A stretch of DNA of 47,959 bases from a virus (taxonomy: Duplodnaviria; Heunggongvirae; Uroviricota; Caudoviricetes): IMG/VR virus record IMGVR_UViG_3300028840_006985, one strand, 5' to 3'. The position numbers and the translations under genes are program-made. A model generated the notes under the pieces. That model was not told the DNA's origin, made no database searches, and worked only from the letters and a program-made list of their open reading frames with translations. Of the stretch, positions 9,794 through 19,088 are shown one piece after another; within the stretch, counting starts at the first letter, position 1; each line of letters starts with the position of its first letter.

Positions 9794-9826
9794 GGTGGCT
9801 CAAATTGAATATTTGGGTTACCTTTT
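9794..9826 (+). terminator. Putative intrinsic terminator
   Basis: 12-bp stem ggtggctcaaat / atttgggttacc (with G-U pairs), 5-nt loop, then tttt. Lies 15 bp after the stop of 8567..9778. Confidence 0.55.
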
Positions 9827-9835
9827 AGGTAAAAT

Positions 9836-9928
9836 ATGGCAAAAGTGGGAAAGAAATGTAGACTGAAAGGTCGTCGTAAGGTCGGATCTGAAAAAAGGCG
9901 AAACATGAGGCGTAGAGGGAAGAAGTGA
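9836..9928 (+). CDS. 30-aa highly basic peptide (not in the ORF track)
   Basis: Manual translation MAKVGKKCRLKGRRKVGSEKRRNMRRRGKK*. 16 of 30 residues are K/R. AGGT SD 5 nt upstream. Fills the gap before the convergent gene. Confidence 0.6.
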   Translation: MAKVGKKCRLKGRRKVGSEKRRNMRRRGKK

Positions 9929-9934
9929 ATCCAA

Positions 9935-10168
9935 TTAACGACTGATTGGTTTATTTGTTCTTATATGGTTTAGGAATTCAGAAATCATCCTTTTGAGTAA
10001 TTCTTTGGATTCAGGCGTTGATTTTAGGTCTTCTTCTTTGAATCCTTTTGTTAAAAGAAGATTGTGAATATCGTTTTCATTAATTTTTTTAGGTTTTGAT
10101 GACTGTCTTATTTTTTCATCTTTTAACAATTTATCAAAATCAATTTTTTCATTATTATTAGTTTTCAT
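9935..10168 (-). CDS. Hypothetical protein (77 aa), the only credible minus-strand gene
   Basis: Occupies a gap with no + ORF. The ATG at 10168 (MKTNNNEK) has an aaagga SD and is preferred over the track start at 10219. Confidence 0.6.
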   Translation of the reverse strand: MKTNNNEKIDFDKLLKDEKIRQSSKPKKINENDIHNLLLTKGFKEEDLKSTPESKELLKRMISEFLNHIRTNKPISR

Positions 10169-10194
10169 GAAAATAGTTCCTTTTTTTGTTTTAT

Positions 10195-10210
10195 TATCAC
10201 ATATGTGATA
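10195..10210. promoter_or_regulatory. Perfect 16-bp palindrome, candidate operator
   Basis: tatcacatatgtgata equals its own reverse complement and lies in the only divergent intergenic region of the window. Confidence 0.55.
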
Positions 10211-10238
10211 TCTGTTCAATAAGAATGAAAATATCTAA

Positions 10239-10267
10239 TTGATTTTCTTATTGTTTTATGTTATTTT
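10239..10267 (+). promoter_or_regulatory. Sigma70-like promoter, paralogous to 8495
   Basis: TTGATT, 17 bp, then TATTTT preceded by TGn. Shares attgattttctt and ttttatg with the 8494 copy. Confidence 0.45.
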
Positions 10268-10301
10268 ATTTTTGTAAGTTAAAAAAATCAAGTGATAGAA
10301 A

Positions 10302-11333
10302 ATGTCTCTATTTGGTTATGGTGCTCAATATGGAGTTTCAGACTATTCATTTGAAGTTTTAGGGACTCCGCCAATTCTTCAAAATCAGGATCCTGCTCCT
10401 AACGAGACGGGTGTTTCTCGCAGTGTAAACATAATACTTGAGCTGATTGACGAATTAACAGGCATCGAGGCCGCGTCGGTAATAATAAAAATCGACGGAG
10501 ATACAGCTTGGAGTAATGACGCCGCGCAAGTAGGATATTCAGGAACAAAAACATCTATAACAGATGGGTTTAGGTATGAGATAGATCCAGATGATTTATT
10601 GCCTAATTTAGGAACGGTTACAATTAATGTTTATGCTGAAACGGTTGGGGGAGCATCTCTTGATGAAAGTTATCTTTTTTATATTGCTGACGAGGTTGGC
10701 CCCATATTGTCTAATTTAGATCCTAGGGCAAATGAAAATTATGTGGAGCTTAATAGGCCGATCTGGTTAGATCTTACAGATACTAATGGTGTAAATGGAG
10801 ATTCTATAGAGATTTATGTAAAAGGTGTGGAAGCATGGAAGGATAATGAGCAAAAAATAGGATTTACGGTAACAAGAACAGTAATAGTTGACGGTTTTCG
10901 TTTTAAAATTGTTCCCGATGAACTTTTTCAAAATGAAGAAATTGTTTCAGTAAGAGTAATCTCAGAGGATTCATATCCAACGCCGACTTCCAGTGATCGA
11001 TTTTATACTTTTCAGGCGATGTCGGTTGAGCCGACAATTGCTTTGCAGTTGCCTGAGCCAGACGAATTTGGCGATATTAGTGCGAATATAGAAATTTCGG
11101 CGGAACATAAGTATGGAATTAATCTTTCTGTCTCAAAAGTATGGGTAAGACCTTCAAATGATGATATATTTTATCTAGTGTTTGATGGTGGTACTTTTTT
11201 GAGTGGATATAATGGCGCCGAGAGTGAGGTTCAGCCTTTATCAAGAGGATATAAAATTACAATAGACAAAGAAGATAATTATCAGATGGGAGCGACCATA
11301 ACAGTGCAAGCTCATATTGCTTCCAATTTTTAA
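10302..11333 (+). CDS. Virion protein with three Ig-like (Big_5-like) repeats
   Basis: Repeated P.L.N.DP..NE..V.....I...L.D..G.....I......AW...GF...I.PD pattern. Acidic and beta-rich. Confidence 0.62.
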   Translation: MSLFGYGAQYGVSDYSFEVLGTPPILQNQDPAPNETGVSRSVNIILELIDELTGIEAASVIIKIDGDTAWSNDAAQVGYSGTKTSITDGFRYEIDPDDLLPNLGTVTINVYAETVGGASLDESYLFYIADEVGPILSNLDPRANENYVELNRPIWLDLTDTNGVNGDSIEIYVKGVEAWKDNEQKIGFTVTRTVIVDGFRFKIVPDELFQNEEIVSVRVISEDSYPTPTSSDRFYTFQAMSVEPTIALQLPEPDEFGDISANIEISAEHKYGINLSVSKVWVRPSNDDIFYLVFDGGTFLSGYNGAESEVQPLSRGYKITIDKEDNYQMGATITVQAHIASNF

Positions 11334-11348
11334 TTTAGGATGTAGTCA

Positions 11349-12656
11349 ATGACAAGAACAATAGTTCCCGATGGTGACGGTTTTTATACAGAAGTTGTTG
11401 GGGTTGCTCCATTTTATACTAAAATTGACGAAGATCCAGCTGATACAGTCGAATGGATTAATATGGATCCCGCGGCGTTGGCGACGGCGAAGTATTCTGT
11501 AACATTGACAGATTATAATTTGGTTTATGGGAATCAACGTCCTAATAGTGTTACGGTGAGAGCTAGTTGTCGGCAATCTGTCGGTGTTGGATATAAGGTT
11601 CGAGCTTTTATAAGGACGGCCGGGTTTGACTATTTTCATCCAACACAAGAAATCCCAACATCTGGATTTACTGATCTAACATGGTCGTGGGATGATAATC
11701 CTTATACGGCCGAAGAATGGGAAGATGCAGATTTAGATTCTCTAGAAATCGGGGTTGAGGTAGAAAACGCTGCTAGTGAAACAGGTGGAGTGGATTTTGA
11801 TAACATAGTAGTAGATTTTGAAGAGGAGAATGCGGGTCCAGGGACATGGTCTACTATTACATGGTCTTGGAGTTCTCAAAAAACGGGCACAGTGAGTTGT
11901 TATCCAGTTAAGCCGGGAACATTTACGATAAGAACAGATGAAGTTACTCCGCAAGAATTGACAGATAGCAGCACGAAAGATGGGACTTTAGTAGGAGATG
12001 GGAGCGGTTTAATTGACTATACTTCAGGAAGATTTGCAGTTAGTTTTTCTTCTACACCTCCTCCTGGTACGAAATTATATGAAGATCATGTTTGCACAGA
12101 AGGGTATTGCGGACATTGCAAAACGAATGCGGTTAGGTTTAGATTTATTCCAGGCGCATTACCTTGGGGAATTCAGAATTTTTCTCAGTTAGAACAATCG
12201 GCGGCATTTGAGAAGTTAATTGAAAAATTGAATAAGATAATTCCGGCCAATGTTGTTTGGGTGCCCATCGAAAGTGTAGATAGTGCAAAAGCTCACTTTG
12301 GTTACAGGATGGATGCAATAGAGGCGGATACTTGGTTCTGGAGAAGGCAAGAGTCATTTGGTATTGGTGATGGAATATTAAAGAATTTTACTGGAAATAC
12401 ATTTTTTCAGGCAGTTAAGCCAAGCTCATTAATTATTACAGCAATTGCTACTGATTTGTCCACAATGACGGTTACTGATGATGGTAGTGGCAATTTAATA
12501 GGGGATGTTGACGGGGGAGGAACTAATACTGTTGATTATGAAACGGGTGCAATTGATGTTACATTTGATACGGCTGTAAATAATGGAGAGAGAATTTATC
12601 TGGAATACAGATATCCAGCAACAGATAATGGGTTCAAAGCTCGGGCAGTGCCATAG
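11349..12656 (+). CDS. Baseplate wedge-associated protein (putative)
   Basis: LNKIIPANVVW resembles the K-P-A-H/N end of wedge (P2 gpI-like) proteins. Two G.IDY.TG...V.F beta modules are also found in the next gene. Position just before the collar gene fits. Confidence 0.5.
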   Translation: MTRTIVPDGDGFYTEVVGVAPFYTKIDEDPADTVEWINMDPAALATAKYSVTLTDYNLVYGNQRPNSVTVRASCRQSVGVGYKVRAFIRTAGFDYFHPTQEIPTSGFTDLTWSWDDNPYTAEEWEDADLDSLEIGVEVENAASETGGVDFDNIVVDFEEENAGPGTWSTITWSWSSQKTGTVSCYPVKPGTFTIRTDEVTPQELTDSSTKDGTLVGDGSGLIDYTSGRFAVSFSSTPPPGTKLYEDHVCTEGYCGHCKTNAVRFRFIPGALPWGIQNFSQLEQSAAFEKLIEKLNKIIPANVVWVPIESVDSAKAHFGYRMDAIEADTWFWRRQESFGIGDGILKNFTGNTFFQAVKPSSLIITAIATDLSTMTVTDDGSGNLIGDVDGGGTNTVDYETGAIDVTFDTAVNNGERIYLEYRYPATDNGFKARAVP

Positions 12657-12746
12657 TGTCAAAAAACAACTTTTACACGGAATTGGAAATTATCCGGGAA
12701 ATTTTTAAAAAATTGTAATTTTAGTTTTTGAGCAGGAATTTAAAAC

Positions 12747-13454
12747 ATGGCATTTAGAATAGTAGCTACTAATGCAGCCAGAGATCAGGCTGCCAAAGGT
12801 CAAGTTGGAACTGTTACTTTTTCGGCTAGTTATTTCAAATTTGGTGAGGGTGGATGGGATCCTGAAAGTGTTACTAATGAGGTAATAGCTGTGGCCCCAG
12901 GCGGGACAGCAAATTTTACCGGTACATTGTCAAATATACCAACTATACCTGGAAGTATAACTATAGACGAATCAGTAACTGCTCAAACATTAACTGATGA
13001 TGGTAATGGATCTTTTACTGGCGATGGAACTGGAACAATAAATTATAATACTGGCGAATATGATATTACCTTTACAACAGTAATTGGAGTTGGTGATACC
13101 GTTTATGGAGATTATCAATATAGAAAGACTCCAAAGGAACCAGATCCGTCTAGAACAGATTTAGAAGCCGACAATGATAGTACTTTGGCCATATTTCAAA
13201 AAAGTTTTGGAGTAGATAGTTCGACAAAGTTGGAATTTGTGGGTGATGGATTAGGTACTTGTCGATGTTATTGTTTTATGGCGTTGTCGGAAGGCAATGA
13301 TAATGGCAGGGCATCGCCGCATGGCCCGATTCCCTATTGGTCAGAGATTGGCATTTTTGACGGCAATGATGTGTTAATGGCTTATGGTACGTTTGATTTA
13401 GAAGAAAAAACGGGTGCGGGTACTATTTTAAAGAAGGTAGATCTGATAAATTGA
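12747..13454 (+). CDS. Tail-collar / fibre attachment protein (P2 gpH N-terminal, DUF3751-like)
   Basis: TNAARDQAAK...YFKFGEG...SEIGIFDGNDVLMAYGTF...K signature with an inserted GTINYNTG module. Confidence 0.68.
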   Translation: MAFRIVATNAARDQAAKGQVGTVTFSASYFKFGEGGWDPESVTNEVIAVAPGGTANFTGTLSNIPTIPGSITIDESVTAQTLTDDGNGSFTGDGTGTINYNTGEYDITFTTVIGVGDTVYGDYQYRKTPKEPDPSRTDLEADNDSTLAIFQKSFGVDSSTKLEFVGDGLGTCRCYCFMALSEGNDNGRASPHGPIPYWSEIGIFDGNDVLMAYGTFDLEEKTGAGTILKKVDLIN

Positions 13455-13472
13455 GGGTGAAAAATTCAAATG

Positions 13473-13803
13473 TTCGACGAGTAACGAATTTCAGCACTCG
13501 TCAAGATGTTGATCCTTTTGATAAAAAAGGAAGCAAAGTTTGAAAGATTTGATTAAGCATTTTACATTTGAAAACAATGATTTGACCGTGATTGAGATTG
13601 ATGGTCAACCTTGGTTTATCGCTAGGGAGATAGGTCGAATTCTAGAATACCATTACTATGGTAAAGGACTTATAGAATTAGTTTCTGGCAAATGGAAAGA
13701 CGAATTTGATGAGGATATGCTTTGCAAAATGGAAGGTGAAAAACTTAAACTGTTTAAAGATTTTCGACGAAGCGACTATCAGACAACTCGTCAAGATGTT
13801 GAT
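13473..13803. repeat. 41-bp dyad-containing motif present twice (13473-13513 upstream of, and 13763-13803 inside, the Bro-N gene)
   Basis: ttcgacga-N15-actcgtcaagatgttgat in both copies, offset 290 bp. Confidence 0.88.
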
Positions 13804-14487
13804 TTTACTAGAATAAATAGTTTACTCCTTCTTTCTGAGCAAGGTGTGTATCAAGCGGTAATTCTTAGTAAAAAGCCAGTTGGTAAAAAACTAAGAAAGT
13901 GGTTGGCTAAGGAGGTTTTACCATCTATTCGAAGGATGGGCCAATATGTGGATCCGCTTAAACAGCAATCGGACGATCCGATAGTTCAACAGTTGCGGGC
14001 TTTGATTGTTGTTCGTGAAGAACAAGTTAGGCAGGCTGAAGAACAAAAAAGACAAGCTAAAGAACTAGAGAAGCATGCTGAACGGTTAAATAAGATCGAA
14101 TTTGAAAAAGAGAAAGTTCGAGATGCTATTAGACAAATATTTAAACCGGACGAAGATGCTACCCCTAAAACAATTCGTACACAAGCAAATCAAATTATTA
14201 AAACATATGCTTTTATTTTTGCGGCTGACTATAAGTATATTTATGACCGGATGTATAGAGAACATAATAGGCGAGAAAAAACCAATCTTCATGTTCGTTG
14301 TAAGAATTATGAAGAAAAAAGAAAAGCTAAACCTGAATTAAGACTAAAAAAGAAATCAAAAATGGATTTTATCGACGAAGATGGAAAGATGATGAAGTTT
14401 TATGCGATGTGCTATGAGATTTTAATGCCTGAGATTCAGAGAAAAAATGAGAATCAGGAAGATGCCGTAATTTATGAGTGGAATTAA
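13540..14487 (+). CDS. Bro-N domain antirepressor-like protein
   Basis: FTFENNDLTVIEIDGQPWFIAREIGRILEY...LLSEQGVYQAVILSKKPVGKKLRKWLAKEVLPSIRRMGQY is a canonical Bro-N domain, followed by a coiled coil. TTG start with aagga SD. Confidence 0.88.
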   Translation: MKDLIKHFTFENNDLTVIEIDGQPWFIAREIGRILEYHYYGKGLIELVSGKWKDEFDEDMLCKMEGEKLKLFKDFRRSDYQTTRQDVDFTRINSLLLLSEQGVYQAVILSKKPVGKKLRKWLAKEVLPSIRRMGQYVDPLKQQSDDPIVQQLRALIVVREEQVRQAEEQKRQAKELEKHAERLNKIEFEKEKVRDAIRQIFKPDEDATPKTIRTQANQIIKTYAFIFAADYKYIYDRMYREHNRREKTNLHVRCKNYEEKRKAKPELRLKKKSKMDFIDEDGKMMKFYAMCYEILMPEIQRKNENQEDAVIYEWN

Positions 14488-14512
14488 ATAATATGTAAAG
14501 GAAAATATAACA

Positions 14513-17500
14513 ATGGCTACATATGACACTTCAACAATAAATAATGAAAAAGTCGACCATCGGTGGTACGAACCATATTTGTCTGCCAGTGGTAATAGAA
14601 AAGTCAACGGAGTGATTCCAACTGGCCGATATCGTGGTTTTATAGTTACTAAGGGTGCCGGAGCTAAAGATCTGGATGTTGATGTAGATCCAACATCAAA
14701 TGATTCAGTAGCTGTTTATGAAAAAGATGGGTATCAGCAGACTATTAGAGAATCGTCTAAAATTACTCTTGATGGGAGTACTACGGGGACGGGAATTACT
14801 GTAGCTATTGTTATTAGGGTTACCTATGATATTGATACAATAACATCTGCAGATATGAAGCTTATTGATGAGGGTGACATTATCGCTAGTGATACTGTTA
14901 TTGCTAAAGTGGATATTCCTCCTGGTGCGGTAGATTTTTCAGGCATAACAGTATGCCAAGACGAAGTAGAAACTACAAGACCTTATGCCACTGGTGTAAA
15001 AGATGGGCTTATGCCTGCTCAGTACATAGCTGAACCACAAATTGAATTAATTACTGTTGGTGCTCCCAGTATTAAGTTTCAACTAAGTAGAACGGTATAT
15101 ATAGGGACTGTTGGTGCTGATTCTCAAGATATTAAAGATAAATATTTTGCGTTGTTAGATACAAATGGGGAGACATCATTATATGGCAGTGATGGTCCGA
15201 TTTTTATAAGCAAAATACATAACTCTGGTGATTCAGCAGAGGTTAACCCTTCATCTGATGCAGATTCGGATGGTTTTTATAGTAATCCATGGATTTATTT
15301 AGACTTTTCAGAAACCACCGATGTCAGTTTTACTGGTAATTTAAAAATCTGGTATGCGAAGAGTAGCTATTATATGGCCTTTGATCCGGGAGCATTTGTC
15401 AAGGGCGCGGCTCCGGCTCTTCCAGCTCCTGTGGCTACCGGACTACACAGAGGAATTTTGCCACCTAAATACATTGCAGAGCCGAAGCGGGTTACTAAAA
15501 CCCTAGCTGGTGCAATTAAATTGCAGTTAGATCGAGAGGCTTATTTTGGCAAGACAGGAACAGATACTCAACTAGTAAAAGAAAAGCATTTTAGATTGTT
15601 GGATAGCGATGGGATTGATATTTTAACTGGGACGGACGGTGGCCCTATATATATAGACATGATTAAAAGGTCCGCCGACGATACTGAGTTGGATCCATCG
15701 TCTGATACAGATACGGATGGATTCCATGATGATTCATGGATTTATTTAGATTTTTCAGAGACTAGCGATACGTCATACACTGGAGATGTTCAGGTTTGGT
15801 TTGGCGAGAAGAGTTATTATACAGGAGTTGGCGCGGGGGCGTTTGTTAGTAATCAACCATCAAAAGATTCAGTGGCATTATCAAAAATTACTGGAATAGG
15901 GACTACAGTAGGGAGTGTTTTAGGTGTTCAAATAATAGAACATGGTGGTTTTACTTTTGATGATCCTGGACAAGAGATTGAATGGGCTTCATCTATAAAG
16001 GTATCATTGGCGGATGGAAGATATTTAGAAATTGGGGCTGGAGCATTTTCTGTTACTATTGTTAATGCTAACGCATTTTTAGTTTTAGATGGAACAACAG
16101 GAATTATTTCCAACGTTGCGGCTACAACTACCCTGACAGAGAATCAATATATTTTAGCTTTCTTTTATTATAATTCAGGAACAAGTCAATTTGATGCGGG
16201 GTGGGATTTAGTAAGGGTAGTTAAAAATAGAATTAAGAACTTGGAAATAACAGTATCTGACAGCGGAAGTGCTGATTTTTCTGGTTCAGGATGTTTAAAT
16301 CAGGCTATTGCTTATGCGGGTGCTCTAGTTAATCATTCTGGATTGGATGTTTTAAATGTTAGGATTAAATTATTAGGAGATGTTATATTAGCTGAACAGG
16401 TATTATTAAATGACAGCGGATATACAGGCATTGCAAGGGTTAGTATTGAAGGGTTTATTTTAGATGTTGGATCTGCAGATGTTCCAAAGATTAGTTGGAC
16501 TTTTGCCGACGATGCAATTGTCTGTACTAGTGCCGAAGGATTATTATTTAAGAATTTAAAGTTCGAATATGGCGGGGTGGCGGCGTCTACCAAGGCGGCG
16601 ATTAAAGATCCAGGGCATAACACTAAAATTGAAGGATGTTTTTTTGATAACGGGGGAGCTGGCAATTTAGGTTATTCTATTCTTGGTTCTGGAAATGATG
16701 TAATAGTTCGTGATTGTCGATTTATAAATCAACTCAATGGAGTAGAGTTAAGCGGAACAAGATGTACTGTCGAGAAAGGTTATTTTATCAATAATACGGC
16801 ATCAGAAGGATATACGGCAATTTATCTTTCTGGGACATACGGATATGTGAATAATTGTTATGTGTCTGGCTTTGATCATGCGGCCAATGGTAAAGGGATT
16901 CAACTAGGAAGCAATGGAGTTATTGAAAATGTTCGAGTAGAAGATTCTGGAACGCATGCAATTATTATTGGAGATCGTTGTTACGTATCTAAATGTTGGT
17001 GTAATGGGGGAGATACTTTAGTTGAGCTTGACGGGGTTGATTCGGTAGTATGTTCTTGTTATCTAACCGGGGCAACCACAGATGGAATCGCTCTTAGTGA
17101 TTTAAGATGTAAGGTGATTGGTAATTCGGTTTTTAACTCAGGCGTAAATGGTATTCACATAAGTGCTAATGCATGTATTGTTACTCAGAATGCGGTTTAT
17201 GGCGGAGTTAATGGAATTAGGGTGGAGGATGCGCCAGTAAGCTTTGTTGAATATGCGACAGTTACTGAAAATTATATTGATGGTTCTTCCGGGTATGGAA
17301 TTATTGATGAAGGATGTCATTATCCTGTTTTTGCTAAAAATGAAATACATGAGCCTGGGTTAGAGGCGTACTACAATTCCAGTACTTCAGGTACGCCAGT
17401 GGTAACTTTTTCAGAAAATATTATTATAGTGGATCCTGCTTTAACTTCTGATGGTTTTGGAGTATCGGCAACGTGTCCGGCATTTTTAATAATTGTTAAT

Positions 17501-18295
17501 AATCAAATTTATAGATCGGGAGCGGCCAGTGCAACTGGATTGCAGTTATTGACTGATAGTGGAACTTCGTCTAATGCGATAATTATAGGTAATAAAATCA
17601 ATGGATTTATAACTGGCATTGCCGCAGAGCGGTATAGAGCGATGATAAACGGCAATTATGTTATATCAGATGGTAACAGTGTTGAGAGTGGGGCAAACAG
17701 TTCAGTATATGGAAACACTTTGTCAGTTGTTGGGATAGGTGGATTTAATGGTATCATTGCCAAGCATGGAAGGACGGAAATTTGTTGTAACAGAATAACG
17801 ATTCCTAGTGGATCGAAGGGGATTTATGTTCCGGCTTCTCCATCTTCTCATTATGGAACAATATCAGGCAATATTGTTCAAGGTGGAGATCAATGCATAT
17901 ATGTTGAGTCTGCGATGGGTTGGAATATTTCAGCTAACGATGTGGAAGGAAGTCAAAGTGAAGGTATTTTTAATTCGGGATTAAATCCTATTGTGAATAG
18001 TAATTTTGTTAGAGATACATCTAAGGCTGGCGCCGCTAATTCGGCAATTTATGTTGCTGGTGCTGAGGCGGTTGTTAATGGAAATAATGTGACAGGGTAT
18101 AGTGGTACAGGAGCCGGGATGGAAGTGTCCGGTAATAGATCAATTATTATAGGAAATCAAACAACGGGTAGTACGCTGGGAATAAAGGTTGGTGCTTCTA
18201 CGGCTTTTGTAGTGCTGGGGAATAATTTTGGCGGGGTGAGTACAGATGCCGTGGCGGGGGCGAATAAAGTTGTTGCTGACAATATTGATGTTTAA
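14513..18295 (+). CDS. Tailspike with right-handed parallel beta-helix (pectin lyase/NosD-like), 1260 aa
   Basis: C-terminal half has many GI.x...N.I..N rungs, preceded by ADFSG...NQAI. The N-terminal half has a duplicated YIAEP...WIYLDFSET domain. Confidence 0.8.
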   Translation: MATYDTSTINNEKVDHRWYEPYLSASGNRKVNGVIPTGRYRGFIVTKGAGAKDLDVDVDPTSNDSVAVYEKDGYQQTIRESSKITLDGSTTGTGITVAIVIRVTYDIDTITSADMKLIDEGDIIASDTVIAKVDIPPGAVDFSGITVCQDEVETTRPYATGVKDGLMPAQYIAEPQIELITVGAPSIKFQLSRTVYIGTVGADSQDIKDKYFALLDTNGETSLYGSDGPIFISKIHNSGDSAEVNPSSDADSDGFYSNPWIYLDFSETTDVSFTGNLKIWYAKSSYYMAFDPGAFVKGAAPALPAPVATGLHRGILPPKYIAEPKRVTKTLAGAIKLQLDREAYFGKTGTDTQLVKEKHFRLLDSDGIDILTGTDGGPIYIDMIKRSADDTELDPSSDTDTDGFHDDSWIYLDFSETSDTSYTGDVQVWFGEKSYYTGVGAGAFVSNQPSKDSVALSKITGIGTTVGSVLGVQIIEHGGFTFDDPGQEIEWASSIKVSLADGRYLEIGAGAFSVTIVNANAFLVLDGTTGIISNVAATTTLTENQYILAFFYYNSGTSQFDAGWDLVRVVKNRIKNLEITVSDSGSADFSGSGCLNQAIAYAGALVNHSGLDVLNVRIKLLGDVILAEQVLLNDSGYTGIARVSIEGFILDVGSADVPKISWTFADDAIVCTSAEGLLFKNLKFEYGGVAASTKAAIKDPGHNTKIEGCFFDNGGAGNLGYSILGSGNDVIVRDCRFINQLNGVELSGTRCTVEKGYFINNTASEGYTAIYLSGTYGYVNNCYVSGFDHAANGKGIQLGSNGVIENVRVEDSGTHAIIIGDRCYVSKCWCNGGDTLVELDGVDSVVCSCYLTGATTDGIALSDLRCKVIGNSVFNSGVNGIHISANACIVTQNAVYGGVNGIRVEDAPVSFVEYATVTENYIDGSSGYGIIDEGCHYPVFAKNEIHEPGLEAYYNSSTSGTPVVTFSENIIIVDPALTSDGFGVSATCPAFLIIVNNQIYRSGAASATGLQLLTDSGTSSNAIIIGNKINGFITGIAAERYRAMINGNYVISDGNSVESGANSSVYGNTLSVVGIGGFNGIIAKHGRTEICCNRITIPSGSKGIYVPASPSSHYGTISGNIVQGGDQCIYVESAMGWNISANDVEGSQSEGIFNSGLNPIVNSNFVRDTSKAGAANSAIYVAGAEAVVNGNNVTGYSGTGAGMEVSGNRSIIIGNQTTGSTLGIKVGASTAFVVLGNNFGGVSTDAVAGANKVVADNIDV

Positions 18296-18309
18296 TTTTA
18301 GGAGATATA

Positions 18310-18705
18310 ATGGAAATAAAAAGAAGGATATTGCCAGGAATTGAGGAATTAATAAAAAGTAATTTAGATGGCGATTTAGGTAAAATTATAGATAAAATAA
18401 AGCTAAAATTAAAAGAGAGGAATGTTATTGTTGATAGGATTAATAAGTGTTTTGGAGAATGGAGTGCTTTATTTGTTGAGTTGAACAAGGCGGATGGAGC
18501 ACTTGATGAATTAGAAGTAATGGCAATAGAGAACTCGAAGGAATGTGATATTATTAATAAAATAAGGGAAGGCTGCAAAAAAGCTGACAATGAGAGGATG
18601 AAACAATTCCGATCCATAACAGAGCAACACGGGTCATCTATTGGACATGCTGGTCCTTTTAATACATCATTATTATCATCATCTTATAAAGGATTTTTTA
18701 AATGA
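18310..18705 (+). CDS. Hypothetical protein
   Basis: aggag SD, helical composition, ATGA overlap with the next gene. Confidence 0.6.
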   Translation: MEIKRRILPGIEELIKSNLDGDLGKIIDKIKLKLKERNVIVDRINKCFGEWSALFVELNKADGALDELEVMAIENSKECDIINKIREGCKKADNERMKQFRSITEQHGSSIGHAGPFNTSLLSSSYKGFFK

Positions 18706-19085
18706 CTAAAACAGTTCATATTGATATTGTTAAAGCTGATACAAGTATAAAAGCAAATGGTCAGGTTATTATTAATGGTAATACTGTTTGTGAATTTGGG
18801 GCTACGGATGGGGTTATAGTACGAAATGTTTATATTAATGCTGAAACTGGATCAATCGATGAGGGTAAATTAAGTATAAAAATTATCAAGGATGCGGTAT
18901 CAATTGCAGAAAAGAGAAAGAAGGCTTTATCTAAGAAATTTAGTTTATCTCAGGGTAAATTGATGCAATTAAAAAATGATCGAGATCCAGATGTGTCTGG
19001 AATGATAAAGCGTTTAATGAAAGATGATAAAGATCAAGTTATGATATTAGGTATTAATATTACTTTAAATAATGCGAGGGTTTAA
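18702..19085 (+). CDS. Hypothetical protein
   Basis: Translationally coupled to its neighbours. No motif recognised. Confidence 0.6.
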   Translation: MTKTVHIDIVKADTSIKANGQVIINGNTVCEFGATDGVIVRNVYINAETGSIDEGKLSIKIIKDAVSIAEKRKKALSKKFSLSQGKLMQLKNDRDPDVSGMIKRLMKDDKDQVMILGINITLNNARV

Positions 19086-19088
19086 TCA

